DNA of 64,000 nucleotides from Zootoca vivipara (Eukaryota). Shown here piece after piece: positions 63,904 to 64,000 of this stretch. Where the stretch lies: the NCBI RefSeq assembly GCF_963506605.1, contig NC_083284.1, forward strand, positions 21,638,001 through 21,702,000, given 5' to 3'. Each line of letters starts with the position of its first letter. Position 1 is the stretch's first letter. Below the pieces are notes generated by a model that made no database searches, had not been told where the DNA came from, and saw only the letters and a list, made by a program, of their open reading frames with translations. The position numbers and the translations under genes were made by a program.

Positions 63904-64000
63904 GTGATCTCAAATTCCAGGACGCTGAAAGTATTTGTGACAGCGGCGTAGAGATTTCCCTCCGCAAACTCAGCTTCACATATTCGGAGTCTTTCACCAG
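63904..64000 (+). CDS. NFKB1: NFKB1 exon 24 (partial), GDLKFQDAESICDSGVEISLRKLSFTYSESFT..
   Basis: gccag| acceptor; PEST region with the IKK/beta-TrCP degron; runs off the window. Confidence 0.97.

Overview
Eukaryotic genomic DNA, inferred to be from a squamate lizard (probably Lacertidae) because it carries Sauria SINEs, BovB, CR1, L2 and many squamate-type MITEs. The window holds almost the whole NFKB1 (NF-kB p105/p50) gene on the + strand. It runs from the end of non-coding exon 1 in a CpG island (1-43) through 23 coding exons (ATG at 12738) into exon 24, which the window end cuts off. I reconstructed all exons by hand. The splice phases join into one open frame of about 953 codons: Rel homology domain, NLS, glycine-rich region, ankyrin repeats, death domain and PEST degron. 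The exon 13 acceptor lies in a 130-N gap, and intron 20 uses a GC donor. The introns are rich in transposons. The most notable observations are: (1) two sense-strand minimal hammerhead ribozyme motifs from Penelope-like elements in introns 17 and 21, flanking an in-frame block of exons 18-21; (2) a 90-bp MITE, present twice, that carries a kB site inside the NF-kB gene itself; (3) a candidate 75-nt poison exon folded into a hairpin inside the GC-AG intron; (4) tandem reiterations at the 5' junction of three independent RTE/BovB-mobilised insertions. All functional ideas are hypotheses. No searches were run, and repeat family names come from recall of the families.
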